Assembly: GCA_031423795.1 (NCBI GenBank)
Contig: JANPGH010000072.1
Coordinates: 1,317 to 65,316, forward strand
Source: Elusimicrobiota bacterium
GTDB taxonomy: Bacteria; Elusimicrobiota; Elusimicrobia; UBA1565; UBA9628
Direction: 5' to 3'
DNA: 64,000 nt
The number at the start of each line of letters is the position of its first letter. Position 1 is the stretch's first letter. Shown here piece after piece: positions 38,183-46,937 of this stretch. The position numbers and the translations under genes were made by a program. The notes under the pieces were generated by a model, which saw nothing but the letters and a program-made list of their open reading frames with translations, was not told where the DNA came from and did no database searches.

Positions 38183-39157
38183 TTAACGTGCATTGCGGAA
38201 AATTCCGGTGGAGTAAAGATCGTAAAGTGCGAGATAAAATGTCGGCGAGACCGCCGCCAAGAGCACAGTGGCCGCGCGAAAGAATGCGTGCGGCGTCATG
38301 GGTAGATCCTTCAGGCCTTCGCTCCAAGCGCTCAGCGCTGCGCGCGGATTGGCGCGCAGCGCTTCGAGCAGGACGCGACGCCGGAATATCTCCGCCTTCT
38401 CGGCACCGACGGCAGCGGCGGACATGTGCAATCCGCGGTCTTCCAACCAGCGGTCTAGGGCCCGCCGATATATCGCACGGTGCTTCAAATCCCCTTCGAT
38501 CTTTCGCGCGTCTTGGTAATTGCCGGCGTACCAGTTGGCGCCGTGAATACGCCGTAACGCCAGCGGCCGGGGCATGTTGACGACATCCCAGTCGAACAGG
38601 GTTCGCGCGACCATCCAATCGTCCAGGTAAAAAAATAATTCCGTCGGCAGAGGCAGTGCCACGGCCAGCGCCTCGCGCCGAAAGACCAGCCCGGACACCG
38701 CGGTCAATTCCGTGCGACCAGAAATAAGGTCGTCGAGAACGTAGCGCGCCGGCCACGACGGGAATCGCCTTGGGAGCGGGCGCAAATGCGCGTCGCAGTC
38801 TTGGAGGAAGTGCTGGACTGCGCCGACCTTCGGATCGTCGAACTGCGGGAGAACGGCGGCAAGCTTCCCGGGCTGCCACACGTCGTCGGCGTCGAGCAGG
38901 GCGACGATTCCGCCGTGGGATTGCGCGAAGGCCCGGTTGACCGCGGACGTCTGCCCCGAACGAGGCTGGAAGACAGCGCTGACGCGCTCTCCATAAGACT
39001 CGATGACCGCGCGACTGTCGTCGGTAGAGCCGTCATCAACGACAATAATTTCCAAATCCCGCGTCGGCACACCTTGCGCGATGACCGAATCGATCGCCGC
39101 TGCGAGAAAGCGCCCGTAGTTGAAATTATTGATGAGGACGCTAACTCGGGGAGCCAT
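38183..39157 (-). CDS. Glycosyltransferase family 2
   Basis: SVLINNFNYGRF, VDDGSTD, LLDADD and RRIHGAN motifs. Confidence 0.92.
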   Translation of the reverse strand: MAPRVSVLINNFNYGRFLAAAIDSVIAQGVPTRDLEIIVVDDGSTDDSRAVIESYGERVSAVFQPRSGQTSAVNRAFAQSHGGIVALLDADDVWQPGKLAAVLPQFDDPKVGAVQHFLQDCDAHLRPLPRRFPSWPARYVLDDLISGRTELTAVSGLVFRREALAVALPLPTELFFYLDDWMVARTLFDWDVVNMPRPLALRRIHGANWYAGNYQDARKIEGDLKHRAIYRRALDRWLEDRGLHMSAAAVGAEKAEIFRRRVLLEALRANPRAALSAWSEGLKDLPMTPHAFFRAATVLLAAVSPTFYLALYDLYSTGIFRNAR

Positions 39158-39160
39158 GGA

Positions 39161-40375
39161 CTAGTGCCGCTTGAAGTAGTCGCGAAATTGCTCGATGACG
39201 TAGTCGGCGTCGTTGGCCGTCATGTATTGGTGGCAGCCGATGTAAAATCCCGAGCGATTGAGCGCGCGCGCGACCGGATAGCGACGCTCCAGGTTTCCGA
39301 AGAGGCGCTTGTAAACCGGCTGATTGAGCAGCGGAAGCAGGTCGCGCGTCTCGACTCCGCGGTCCTCGAGAAAGTTGACGAGGGATTTCTTGTCCTTGCC
39401 GCGCAAGACCAGCCCATACAGCATATAGGTGTGGTCCCGGTCGGGCGGACACATCGGCAACTGTAGCCGGTGCTCGAATTCGCGAAGACCGGACGTCAGG
39501 CGCGCCGCCATCGCCAAGTGGCCTTTAACGATCGTGTCTTTTTCCTCGAGTTGGGCCAGGCCCAGTGCGGCTTCGAACTCGGTGGCGCGGTAGCTATGGC
39601 CCACCGAAATGAATTGGAATCGTTTCGCAACGATCTCATGCAATCGGTCGCCCGTCGCATTTTTATCGTCGTCGATCGACAGGTAGATCGAATCACGCCC
39701 GTGGTTCATAAGGCTGCGCAGGCGAATGTAAAGGTCCGGATCGCTCGTCGTCGCCAGGCCCCCGACCCCGGTCACGATGTAGTGCGCGACGTACGTCGAA
39801 AAGCAGCCGACGTCGCCGAGGGACCCGACCTTGCGGCCTTTGTATCGCGCGAACATGGTTTCCGCAGAATCTTCGATCACTTTCAGCTTTTTATTCTTAG
39901 AGATCTCGAGGATCGGATCCATATCCGCCGGCAAGCCCAGCAGGTGCACCGGAATCACCGCGCGCGTCTTGCGGGTAATCTTTGCGGCCATCTGCGCCGG
40001 ATCCAGCGTATAGGTCAGTGGATCGACGTCGACGAACACTGGCTTCATCCTATTGTGCAGCACAATATTTGACGTCGCTATGAACGTCACCGCGGGAACA
40101 AGAACCTCGTCGCCGTCCTTCCAGTCGTGCTTCTCCTTCAGCGCCTGAAGCGCGATCTGTAGCGCGCTGGTGCCGGAGTTGCAGAAAATCGCGTGGCGGC
40201 TGTCGTGCTCGGCGGCAAACGCCGCCTCAAAGCGCTCGTGAAACGGCCCGTACGAGAGCCGGTTCGTGCGCAAGACCTCGGCGATATACCGGCGCCCGCG
40301 CGGGCTGACGGCAAATCCGCCGACTCCGATCTCCCGAGGAGTACGGGATTTCACGTTTCGCGCGCGATTGGACAT
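39161..40375 (-). CDS. DegT-fold PLP enzyme with His in place of the catalytic Lys: ColD-like NDP-4-keto-6-deoxyhexose 3-dehydratase
   Basis: NSGTSAL, EDSAE and CFSTYVAHYIVTGVGG; no Fe-S Cys cluster after HGRD. Confidence 0.78.
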   Translation of the reverse strand: MSNRARNVKSRTPREIGVGGFAVSPRGRRYIAEVLRTNRLSYGPFHERFEAAFAAEHDSRHAIFCNSGTSALQIALQALKEKHDWKDGDEVLVPAVTFIATSNIVLHNRMKPVFVDVDPLTYTLDPAQMAAKITRKTRAVIPVHLLGLPADMDPILEISKNKKLKVIEDSAETMFARYKGRKVGSLGDVGCFSTYVAHYIVTGVGGLATTSDPDLYIRLRSLMNHGRDSIYLSIDDDKNATGDRLHEIVAKRFQFISVGHSYRATEFEAALGLAQLEEKDTIVKGHLAMAARLTSGLREFEHRLQLPMCPPDRDHTYMLYGLVLRGKDKKSLVNFLEDRGVETRDLLPLLNQPVYKRLFGNLERRYPVARALNRSGFYIGCHQYMTANDADYVIEQFRDYFKRH

Positions 40376-40411
40376 TTCCGTGGGGAAAGTTTAACAAAGT
40401 TGGATGAACCG

Positions 40412-40440
40412 TTGACGTCTATGGGGTCAAAGGTTATACT
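40412..40440 (+). promoter_or_regulatory. Sigma70-type promoter
   Basis: TTGACG-N17-TATACT, ending 9 nt before ATG 40450. Confidence 0.8.
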
Positions 40441-40449
40441 CCGGACCAA

Positions 40450-41154
40450 ATGCAAGCTGTCATTCTCGCCGGCGGTTTAGCGACTCGCTTGCGACCTGTG
40501 ACGGAGAAGGTCGCCAAAGCGATGGTAGACATCCATGGCAAACCGTTCCTGGATTACCAGTTGCGACTTCTCAAAAAGAACGGCATCGATGACGTCGTGC
40601 TGTGCGTCGGGTACCTGGCTGACCAAATTCGGGGCCACTTTAATGATGGAAAGGCTCTCGGAATGAGAATTCACTACAGCGAAGACGGCCCGACACTAAT
40701 GGGAACCGCCGGCGCCCTGCGAATAGCCGAACCGCTCCTCGCAAATCATTTTTTCGTACTCGACGGCGACGCCTATTTGCCGCTTGATTATCGCGCAATC
40801 ATGGAGGCGTACGAAAAAAGCGGCCGTGAAGCCTTGATGGTCGTCTTCGAGAATCACAACCGCTATGACCAGAGCAACGCGGCCATAGAAGACGGCCGCG
40901 TGACCGCCTATGACCGTTCCGGCAAGATCTCCGGGCTGGTTCACATCCATGCCGGCATCAGCGTTTTATCCAAAAAATGCCTGAAGAAAATTCCGAAAGA
41001 TCGCCCTTCGGCCCAAGACGAGCTTTGGAGCGACCTGATTTCGCGCGGCGAGCTTGCCGCTTTCGCAGCCCCCCACCGTTTCTATGAAGTCGGCTCGATG
41101 GCGGGGCTGGAGGAATTTCGCCGGTCCCACGGAGACTGCGCCCCCGATAAGTAG
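40450..41154 (+). CDS. Sugar-1-phosphate nucleotidyltransferase (HddC-like)
   Basis: ILAGGLATRLRP, GKPFLD, GTAGAL, DGD and FYEVGS motifs. Confidence 0.88.
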   Translation: MQAVILAGGLATRLRPVTEKVAKAMVDIHGKPFLDYQLRLLKKNGIDDVVLCVGYLADQIRGHFNDGKALGMRIHYSEDGPTLMGTAGALRIAEPLLANHFFVLDGDAYLPLDYRAIMEAYEKSGREALMVVFENHNRYDQSNAAIEDGRVTAYDRSGKISGLVHIHAGISVLSKKCLKKIPKDRPSAQDELWSDLISRGELAAFAAPHRFYEVGSMAGLEEFRRSHGDCAPDK

Positions 41155-41188
41155 CGGGCGGCTGTGGCAAAGGGATAGAATTCCCTTC

Positions 41189-43222
41189 TTGCTGAATCAC
41201 GCATCGCGCATTCTTAAAAATCGGCTGGCCAACGCCCATCCCGCCTTTTTATTTGCGCTGATTCCTCTCGCCGCCTGGTGGCAACCGCTGGTGACGGGGC
41301 GCGCGTTATTTTACGACGTGCTTTACAAGCTGTTCTTCCCTAACCAGGAATTCTTTCGCCGTTCGATCCTTTCCGGCGTTTTCCCGTTATGGAATCCCTT
41401 TATCTATTCGGGAGTGCCCTTTGCGGCCAACATGCAGTCCGCCGTTTTTTACCCGTTTACCTACGTCAGCCTGCTGCTGGACTATCCGCGGATGCTCGCC
41501 TTCAATACGTGCGTCCATACGGGCTTGGCCGGCGTCTTCATGTACTTTCTGGCAAAAAGCATGGGCCGCTCGAAAACCGGGGCGATCGTCAGCGCGCTGG
41601 CATTTTCCCTGAACGGAAATTTCATCCTGCGGTACGCGTTTCCGAGCCATTTCCATAGTTATGTTTGGCTGCCGTTGATACTCCTGGCCTACCACAAACA
41701 AAACCTTAAAATTTGGCAGGCCTGGCTCTGCGGGTCCATGGCGCTTTCCCTGCAGCTGTTCGCAGGCCACCCCCAATATCTGATGTACAGTTTCCTCGCA
41801 CAAGGCATCGGGCTCGTCTTCGCGGAGAATAAAAAACGCTGGCTCGCGATCCTTCTCGGGATCACGGGCCTCTTCGCGATCCTCGCCGCCGTTCAGTTGG
41901 TCCCGACGGCCGTATTCTCCGGCGAATCGGTCCGATCGACCGCGGCCCGAACCTCGGTTTTCGGTTTCGATTGGGCGATGGCTAATTCCATCCGGCCGTC
42001 TGAATTCCTGGTCATGCTGCTCTCTCCCCAATGGAATTATTTTTTCACGCCGACCTCCGGGGATCCGCACATCGTCGGATTCTATTTCGGCCCGATTCTG
42101 CTCATCTGCGCGGCCTTATCTCTAAAAACGAAATGGTCTAGTTCACGGGTATTCTGGGGAATGACGCTGCTTGGGATCCTGCTCAGTTTCGGCCGCTATT
42201 TCCCGCTCTACCCGCTCATTTATGAGTCGTTTTCGATATTCCAGTCTTTCCGATTCCCCTCCCAGGCGATGTATCTGGTCTGCTTTGGGATCGCGATCCT
42301 CGCCGGCATTGGCGCCGACCTCGCGCCGCCGAAGCTGAGACGTTGGCTGCCGGTCTTGGCCGCAGCGGATCTTCTGTTCTTCGCATGGCGAGGAACCGTC
42401 CTCATGGATCCGATCGTCTATCGTTCAGTTCCCGCGACGGTCACGGCGGTCGGCTCGGATGCGGACTTGCCCCGCATCATGCTGACTCCGCGCACGCGCA
42501 GCCAGCTCTCCATGACCGGGCGCGGCGAAGCGGACGCTTGGCTTAATTTCAAAAACACTCTATACCCGAATTTCCCGATGGCCTACGGACTTTACGCCGC
42601 CGACGGACAAGAGGAGCTTCGTTATGCCCGCTACGAAAAAATTCTGGACGCGATCGACTCGGCCCCCCTCTCCCCGTGGATCGACATCGTCGGGATCAAG
42701 TATGTTTTTTCCTACTGGGGGCTGCCGACGAAGTTTCTCGTCGCCGCGAAAACCCCGACCGTCAACATCTTCCGCAATCCGTCGCCTCTGCCGAAAAGCT
42801 ACGTCGTCTTCGACTCGATTCAAATTCCTGACGATCGCATCCTCGATTACGTCCGTCGCATGGGATCCCAAAGCCTGAGAAAAACCGTCGTCCTCCCGGA
42901 AAGCCCGGTCCGCCGTCAAAAATGCGCGACCGCGAAGTCCACGACGGAAATCCTGGACTACAGCTCGCAATCCCTGGCCATCGCCGCCGACAGCCCCTGC
43001 CCCGGGTGGTTGGTATTGGGCGACGCATATGACCCCGGATGGCAGGCGACGGTCAACGCGACCCCGACGAAGGTCTTTCGGGTCAATCTGGCCCAAAGGG
43101 CCGTAGAAATTCCCGCGGGGAAATCTTTGGTCCGATATAACTATCGGCCACGATGGTTCTTCTCCATCGCGCTTTTGTCCGGGATCAGCTGGCTGACGGG
43201 TTTTCTGCTGCTCATTCTATAG
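41189..43222 (+). CDS. YfhO-family membrane protein (GT-C)
   Basis: PLWNPFIYSGVPFAANMQSAVFYP, AGHPQ, FRFPS and YDPGWQATVN motifs; TTG start inferred from TAGAAT 7 nt upstream. Confidence 0.85.
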   Translation: MLNHASRILKNRLANAHPAFLFALIPLAAWWQPLVTGRALFYDVLYKLFFPNQEFFRRSILSGVFPLWNPFIYSGVPFAANMQSAVFYPFTYVSLLLDYPRMLAFNTCVHTGLAGVFMYFLAKSMGRSKTGAIVSALAFSLNGNFILRYAFPSHFHSYVWLPLILLAYHKQNLKIWQAWLCGSMALSLQLFAGHPQYLMYSFLAQGIGLVFAENKKRWLAILLGITGLFAILAAVQLVPTAVFSGESVRSTAARTSVFGFDWAMANSIRPSEFLVMLLSPQWNYFFTPTSGDPHIVGFYFGPILLICAALSLKTKWSSSRVFWGMTLLGILLSFGRYFPLYPLIYESFSIFQSFRFPSQAMYLVCFGIAILAGIGADLAPPKLRRWLPVLAAADLLFFAWRGTVLMDPIVYRSVPATVTAVGSDADLPRIMLTPRTRSQLSMTGRGEADAWLNFKNTLYPNFPMAYGLYAADGQEELRYARYEKILDAIDSAPLSPWIDIVGIKYVFSYWGLPTKFLVAAKTPTVNIFRNPSPLPKSYVVFDSIQIPDDRILDYVRRMGSQSLRKTVVLPESPVRRQKCATAKSTTEILDYSSQSLAIAADSPCPGWLVLGDAYDPGWQATVNATPTKVFRVNLAQRAVEIPAGKSLVRYNYRPRWFFSIALLSGISWLTGFLLLIL

Positions 43223-43255
43223 TCCGCCTTGCCGGTTTGATACAATCGCTGCGCG

Positions 43256-43867
43256 ATGCTTGAATACGCGTTTTTGACGTTCGGCTCCTTGTTCGCGATC
43301 GTAGATCCGTTCGCGGCGATCCCGACCTTCCTCGCGATGACGGCAAGCGACACTCCCGCCCAGCGGCGGCGAATGGCGCGCACCGCGTGCGCGACCTGCG
43401 CTGGGGTGATGGCCGCGTTTGCCCTGCTCGGCCCCTCGATTTTTCACTTGTTCGGCATCACCTTGGCGTCCTTCCAGGTCGCCGGCGGCCTGGTTCTGCT
43501 CTTATCCGCGTTGGACATGTTGCGCGCCCAAAAATCGCCGTTAAAAGAGACTCCGGAGGAGATCGCCGAGGGCATGAGCAAGGACGACATCGCAATTACG
43601 CCGCTAGCGATACCACTGCTGGCAGGTCCCGGCGCGATCACTACGTCGATTGTTCTCTCAGGCCGCGCAACGACACTTGGGCACAAAGCCGTCTTTTTCA
43701 TTCTGATCGGAGCCGTGGCCTTTCTTAGCTACTGGACGCTGGTGCTCGCCTCGGAAAGCGCGAAGCGGCTGTCATCGACCATCATCAACATCATCACCCG
43801 CCTGATGGGCCTGCTACTGGCGGCGATCGGCGTGCAGTTCATCCTCTCGGCCCTCAAGCTGGGATGA
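43256..43867 (+). CDS. marC: MarC family membrane protein
   Basis: IVDPF, FGITLASFQVAGG, PLAIPLLAGPGAI and TRLMGLLLAAIGVQF motifs. Confidence 0.93.
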   Translation: MLEYAFLTFGSLFAIVDPFAAIPTFLAMTASDTPAQRRRMARTACATCAGVMAAFALLGPSIFHLFGITLASFQVAGGLVLLLSALDMLRAQKSPLKETPEEIAEGMSKDDIAITPLAIPLLAGPGAITTSIVLSGRATTLGHKAVFFILIGAVAFLSYWTLVLASESAKRLSSTIINIITRLMGLLLAAIGVQFILSALKLG

Positions 43868-44823
43868 GCGCCGGACCGGCCTGCCCGCTGTGCGGCGGTG
43901 CAGCCCCGAAGACCTTCGTGCGCGAACGCCGCGGCTATACCCTTTGGGATTGTGCGCAATGTGGCGTCGGATTTTGCGAACCGTTTAAGAACCCGGGACC
44001 CGAATACTACGAGCATAACAGCGATCTTTACTCGATCAAGATCGATACGAAGACTGATCCGATGTCGTATGAGTACGATGAGGCTCTGGACCTACTGAAA
44101 CGCACCGTTGCTCCGGACTCGCGGCTACTGGATGTAGGCTGTGGGGCGGGCGGATTTCTCCATCGCGCCCGAGAGCTGGGGCTGTCGGCGTCGGGAATTG
44201 ATTTTAATTCGGAACGGGTGAAAGCGTTGCGCGAAGCGGGTTTTGATGTGTTCCAAGGCAGCTTGCCTAATTACGCGCGCCAATCTCCGGCGCCATTCGA
44301 CGTGATCACGATGTTTGAAATCATCGAACATCTCGACGATTTATTCGACGAGCTGGCTGCCGCGAAGTCGATCCTCAAACCCGGCGGCCTACTGATCATC
44401 GGGACTCCCAATCGAGATCGCCGCTTCGATCCTTTCCAGGGTCCGGGGCTTGAAGACATCGACAACCCCCCACATCACCTCACGCGTTGGAGCCAAACCG
44501 CCTTGCGCGGTGTCCTGACAGAAGCTGGATTCAATGTCGAGCAGTGCCGGCCTCTCGGTTACCCCCTGGCATTGACGCAATTGATGTTTCGGAACACTTT
44601 ACGATTAGGTCTGGCCACGAAGGCGCTAGGCACCGAGCAACTGCGCCATGCTCCCGCGGCAAATGTCGCGCCGGCGCGGGCCGGGGCCGTGCGCGTACTG
44701 GTAGCGATTAAAGAGTTTCTCCTCAACACCGCTGCCGCAATCGGCTATCCCGCGTTTCGCCTCGTATGCGCGGCCTGCGGCTGGCAGGGCGCGATTTTGT
44801 TCGCGGCCGCTCGGCGATTATAA
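43864..44823 (+). CDS. Class I SAM methyltransferase with N-terminal Zn ribbon
   Basis: CPLC...CAQC, LDVGCGAG, FEIIEH, LKPGG, TPN and PPHH motifs. Confidence 0.88.
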   Translation: MSAGPACPLCGGAAPKTFVRERRGYTLWDCAQCGVGFCEPFKNPGPEYYEHNSDLYSIKIDTKTDPMSYEYDEALDLLKRTVAPDSRLLDVGCGAGGFLHRARELGLSASGIDFNSERVKALREAGFDVFQGSLPNYARQSPAPFDVITMFEIIEHLDDLFDELAAAKSILKPGGLLIIGTPNRDRRFDPFQGPGLEDIDNPPHHLTRWSQTALRGVLTEAGFNVEQCRPLGYPLALTQLMFRNTLRLGLATKALGTEQLRHAPAANVAPARAGAVRVLVAIKEFLLNTAAAIGYPAFRLVCAACGWQGAILFAAARRL

Positions 44824-44997
44824 TTTAGCCTCGAGTGTCTTCATTTATCCAGTGCTGGAATGGTCACAGGAATCTATATAAAATTGGTCTCCAATGACAA
44901 AATAGGAAAACAAGCCTCCTAATCGGACTTCTCCACAGAAAAATTTTAAAAGTGCGCCGCAACTCCACGTCCCATTCGACCAATCGTCGTCTTTAGG

Positions 44998-46923
44998 TTA
45001 GCGGCAGGCCGCGGCGGGTTCGCCGGGCGCCAACGCGTGACGGTGCCACAATTCCAGCATCAGCAGCGCCCAGAGGCGATAGCCGTGGTCGCGGCGACCG
45101 GATTGATGTTCGTCCCATAGGCCGAGCAAACCTTTTTCCGTGAAATAGCCGCGGTCGAGGGCTTCCTTGGATAGAACATGCTCGGCCCAATAATCTTTAA
45201 GGGGGCCGCGGAACCAGGTTCCCAGCGGAATTCCGAAGCCCATTTTTCCGCGCGTGAGGATTTCCTGCGGCAATAAGTCCTTGAAAGCCTCTTTGAATAT
45301 CCATTTGTGGCCGCGCAGGCCTTTGAGCTTCCACTCCCCGGGCATGCGGTAGGCCAGCTCGACGAATTCATGGTCGAGCAACGGCGAGCGGCCTTCAAGG
45401 GAGCAAGCCATCGTCGCGATGTCCACCTTCGTCATCAGGCATTCGGGCAAGTAGGTCTTGAAGTCGACGTAGAGCATGCGATTGACGAAATCCTCGCCCG
45501 CGCAGTCGGCGAAGGCTTTCTCCATGTAGCGTTTGGCGCCGCCGGCGGAGGTACTCAACAGTCGTTTAAATTCCGGGGAGTACAATCCGGGCTTGTCGTC
45601 CTCGGCGAAATAGCAGATCATCTTGAGGTGACGTCCGGGCAGATCATTAAACAGCGCGGAACGCAGGAAGCGCTTTGCCCGCCACACGGTTCCGAACGGG
45701 GCATTGTATTCGGGGAGCATTTCAGTGCCGGCCTTAAGTGCCGCGAGCACCGGCCCGGGGAGTGAATCGGTGACGCGGGCCATCTTCATTGCGAAATACC
45801 GCAGGTAGCCGCCGAAATTCTCGTCGCCGCCGTCGCCGTTGAGCGCCACGGTCACGTATTTGCGGGTTTCGCGGGAGACATAGTAGGTCGGCAAAGCCGA
45901 GGCGTCCGCGTAGGGCTCGCCGTAATGCCAAGCCAATTTCGGTAGGACGTCGGTCATCTCGGGCTTGACGATAAATTCCGTGTGATCAGTCTTGTAGCGG
46001 TCGGCGACCATTTTCGCGTAATGCGTCTCCGAGAATTTCTCCTCGTCGAAGCCGATTGAGAAGGTCTTCACCGGCTTGGTCGACAGACCCGCCATTAGAG
46101 CCACGATAATCGATGAATCGACGCCCCCCGAAAGGAACGCGCCGAGTGGCACTTCTGAAATCATGCGCAGCTTCACCGACTCGGTCAATTTCTCGCGCAG
46201 GAGGTGTTTGGCCTCCTCCACGTCGTTGGTGACATGCGGCTGGCCGATAGGCAGGTCCCAGTAGCGTTCAATCGTGCTCCGGCCATTTTCCCACGTCAGC
46301 GTGTGGCCGGGAGGAAGCTTGCGGCAGGATTTATATGCGGTGATCGGCGACGGGATGTATTGCAACGACAAATACATGTCGATGGCCGTTGGGTCGGTCT
46401 CGCGCGTTAGCGATGGGTCGAGCGCGAACAGGCAGCGCAGTTCCGAGGCGAAGAGAAAGGTCCCGTCGGGGCGCTCGGCGTAGACCAGCGGCTTTTTGCC
46501 GATGCGGTCGCGCGCGATAAAGAGACGGCGCTTTTTCTTATCCCAGATCGCTAGCGCGAACATCCCGCGCAGTTTTTTCACGCAGGCAGCACCCAAGTCG
46601 CGGTACAGCGCCAGGATCACCTCGGTGTCGGATTTCGTTTTGAAATGATGGCCCGAGGCGATCAACTCGTCGCGGAGCATCTGGTAGTTGTAAATCTCGC
46701 CGTTGAAGACGATCCAGAGGTTATCGTCGTCGTAAGACAGGGGCTGGTGGCCCGTGCTCAGATCGATGATCGACAGGCGGCGCATCGCCAGGCCGACGGG
46801 GCCATCGGTGAAAAAGCCCTCATCGTCGGGACCGCGATGGGCGATCAGGTCGCTGGCTTTTTTAAGCGCCGCGCGGTCGGCGTCGCGCCCCCCGCCATAG
46901 ACCGCCCCGCAAATGCCGCACAT
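44998..46923 (-). CDS. asnB: Asparagine synthase (glutamine-hydrolysing) family amidotransferase
   Basis: MCGICG, HRGPD, FNGEIYN, FLSGGVDSS, GDGGDE and SLEGRSP motifs. Confidence 0.95.
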   Translation of the reverse strand: MCGICGAVYGGGRDADRAALKKASDLIAHRGPDDEGFFTDGPVGLAMRRLSIIDLSTGHQPLSYDDDNLWIVFNGEIYNYQMLRDELIASGHHFKTKSDTEVILALYRDLGAACVKKLRGMFALAIWDKKKRRLFIARDRIGKKPLVYAERPDGTFLFASELRCLFALDPSLTRETDPTAIDMYLSLQYIPSPITAYKSCRKLPPGHTLTWENGRSTIERYWDLPIGQPHVTNDVEEAKHLLREKLTESVKLRMISEVPLGAFLSGGVDSSIIVALMAGLSTKPVKTFSIGFDEEKFSETHYAKMVADRYKTDHTEFIVKPEMTDVLPKLAWHYGEPYADASALPTYYVSRETRKYVTVALNGDGGDENFGGYLRYFAMKMARVTDSLPGPVLAALKAGTEMLPEYNAPFGTVWRAKRFLRSALFNDLPGRHLKMICYFAEDDKPGLYSPEFKRLLSTSAGGAKRYMEKAFADCAGEDFVNRMLYVDFKTYLPECLMTKVDIATMACSLEGRSPLLDHEFVELAYRMPGEWKLKGLRGHKWIFKEAFKDLLPQEILTRGKMGFGIPLGTWFRGPLKDYWAEHVLSKEALDRGYFTEKGLLGLWDEHQSGRRDHGYRLWALLMLELWHRHALAPGEPAAACR

Positions 46924-46937
46924 GGGGCGATTTTAGA

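Noticed and set aside
38166-38879. N-terminal 238 aa of the 1035-aa ORF 35772..38879
   Set aside because: Arg/Ala-rich shadow frame overlapping the real GT2 gene 38183..39157; the recognisable domain starts at Met 38165
44963-44986. Inverted 18/20 match to the 3' end of gmd (53316-53335), suggesting an inversion boundary
   Set aside because: Short and imperfect; a match of this size is plausible by chance in a GC-rich 64 kb self-comparison; no recombinase nearby
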